From NCBI GenBank assembly GCA_965223905.1, contig CBDCXV010000009.1, positions 868,506-932,505 of the forward strand: 64,000 nucleotides of DNA, given 5' to 3'. Origin of the DNA: Candidatus Latescibacterota bacterium (GTDB lineage: Bacteria; Latescibacterota; UBA2968; UBA8231). Numbering within the stretch: position 1 is the first letter of the stretch; every line of letters begins with the position of its first letter. Made by a program: the position numbers and the translations under genes. Shown piece by piece: positions 62,645 through 64,000 of the stretch. The notes under the pieces are model-generated. The model worked only from the letters and a program-made list of their open reading frames with translations, searched no databases and was not told the origin of the DNA.

Positions 62645-63464
62645 CTAATATCAAACTCGGCAGGCTGGTTGCCGTTTGTGTGCAGATCAGCCTGGACTGT
62701 CGCTATCCCACGCCCGAACCGATTGACATACGCAAGATTTTTCATGACTTCAGCTATTTTGGGATTCCGGTAATCATTCTGATGAGGGAAATCAGCGGCA
62801 GCACCGTAAAGCCCGCCCGGATTCTGAATTTCGATCCGGTCGGAAAACTGATAAAAACGAATCGGCGCATTCGATTGATAGTCGCGATGCATGACCGCAT
62901 TCATCAGCAATTCGCGAATGGCCCATTGTGGATAGGGAGTCACCTGTTTTTCCTGTAACGCGGAAAGCGGGACGGGACGGAAAGAGCGTTTGGACAAACG
63001 CATCCAATGTGCGAAGGCTTGTAGGCAGATCTCCTGTGAATCTTCGCTCGTCAAGAATGTCAGATTCCAAGTTGGTTCCATCGTAGCGGACGTATTGAAT
63101 ATAAGAACCCACGGTAGCGGACCGGTGGCATATCGGACGGCTGCACTTCCACCACAGCAATATCGCCTTCGGGGAAAGAGCGTTTTTGAACGGTAAGAGA
63201 CGGCAAGGGGACAATCTGGCCGGAGTCCCGATAACTGGCAAGATTCTGAAGAAGTTGATCCGTGATCTCAATACCTGCAATCTTGCCGGTTTCATCCTCT
63301 GCACCAATAAGCAGATAGCCTGGTTTCCCGTGATTCGGGAGGTCGTTGGCAAAGGCGCAAATAGCTTTGCAGAATTTAGCCGTATCGTTTGTGGCAACGG
63401 TACGCTCCACATTGTCTACCTCTATATCTGCCAAAAGAGCCTTGATTTCTTCATCGGTCAACAC
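62645..63464 (-). pseudogene. Schlafen/AlbA_2 + HATPase_c_4 (RecG C-terminal-like) protein, disrupted
   Basis: KAICAFAND...GYLLIGAED; YPQWAIRELLMNAVMHRDY, RIEIQNPGGL, YRNPKIAEVMKNLAYVNRFGRGI; frameshifts, probable internal deletion, IS-truncated. Confidence 0.88.
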
Positions 63465-63620
63465 GGGACCTCCCTTTGGCGGAGCAATTCAGCCAGCTTG
63501 TGGTTGACGCTGGGCACGCCGAAATCCGGTCAAACCGCCAATGCGACAACGGCGGGGACGTAGTAGGTATAATGGTGAATAAAGGCCCTTCTTTGGATTC
63601 TTTGTCAAGGTTCGACACAT

Positions 63621-63658
63621 GAAAAAGCGCCCGATGCCAAGGAGACACCGGGCGCTTT
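63621..63658 (-). terminator. Intrinsic terminator
   Basis: AAAGCGCCC...GGGCGCTTT stem followed by a T run on the minus strand, just after the stop at 63679. Confidence 0.7.
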
Positions 63659-63678
63659 GCAGAGGTCGAGGACAGAGC

Positions 63679-63765
63679 CTACTTCAGGTAGAGCAGGCGC
63701 CGGGTCTGCACCCCGCCCGGATAGTGCAGGCGCACCAGGTACACGCCCGCGGCCACGGCGGCGGC
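63679..63765 (-). pseudogene. Orphan end of a FlgD-type tail
   Basis: AAVAAGVYLVRLHYPGGVQTRRLLYLK*. Confidence 0.7.
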
Positions 63766-63774
63766 GCAAGCCCC

Positions 63775-64000
63775 TCAGAGTCCTCCGACCTGGGCATCCT
63801 GGTCTTCCACGAGGACGCGAAGGTCGATCCAATAGGTGGTGTAATCGTCCCGGTCGTAGTGCCGCACTAGTCCCCAGGCATCGAGCGAGTCATCATCTTC
63901 GTAGGTGGATACCGTCACCGTCTGGGGCGTGTTCCAGTTTTCCGGGGTGAAGGTCAAGCTGGTGGGCGTTGACTGCACGCTCTGGTATGGAGCCACTACG
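63775..64000 (-). CDS. 3' end of a surface protein (runs off the window)
   Basis: PTSLTFTPENWNTPQTVTVS..EDDD motif, like LTFTEDNWDDSQTVTV in the giant adhesin. Confidence 0.65.
   Translation of the reverse strand, partial: VVAPYQSVQSTPTSLTFTPENWNTPQTVTVSTYEDDDSLDAWGLVRHYDRDDYTTYWIDLRVLVEDQDAQVGGL

Overview
GC-rich bacterial accessory region with no core, rRNA or tRNA genes. Cadherin/FN3/LRR/YWTD surface proteins, FlgD-type tails and a C-terminal TAVxxxSWGxLK motif suggest an FCB-group organism of the Latescibacterota/Gemmatimonadota type, possibly a sponge symbiont (inference only). Contents: (i) secreted and surface proteins, including an ~9-kb adhesin-metalloprotease, a TonB-dependent receptor and two amidohydrolases, one an in-frame chimera whose two parents are both in the window; (ii) a probable defence island at ~23-33.6 kb with a coupled metallophosphoesterase-TPR + HSP90-like ATPase pair (best candidate for an undescribed system), a YaaC-like relic, and a DUF3883 nuclease + tandem double DNA methyltransferase; (iii) an AT-richer TerB/J-domain + EcsC pair; (iv) a di-heme oxidoreductase-Rieske-porin operon behind DtxR/MntR-like boxes, lying between ISL3 ends that split a Schlafen/AlbA-ParA operon; (v) IS256, ISL3, IS1595, IS481, IS1182 and IS1380 elements or remnants, plus many gene fragments, a micro-inversion and short duplications. 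Some frameshifts and junctions could be sequencing or assembly artefacts. All family calls come from motif recognition, not database searches.
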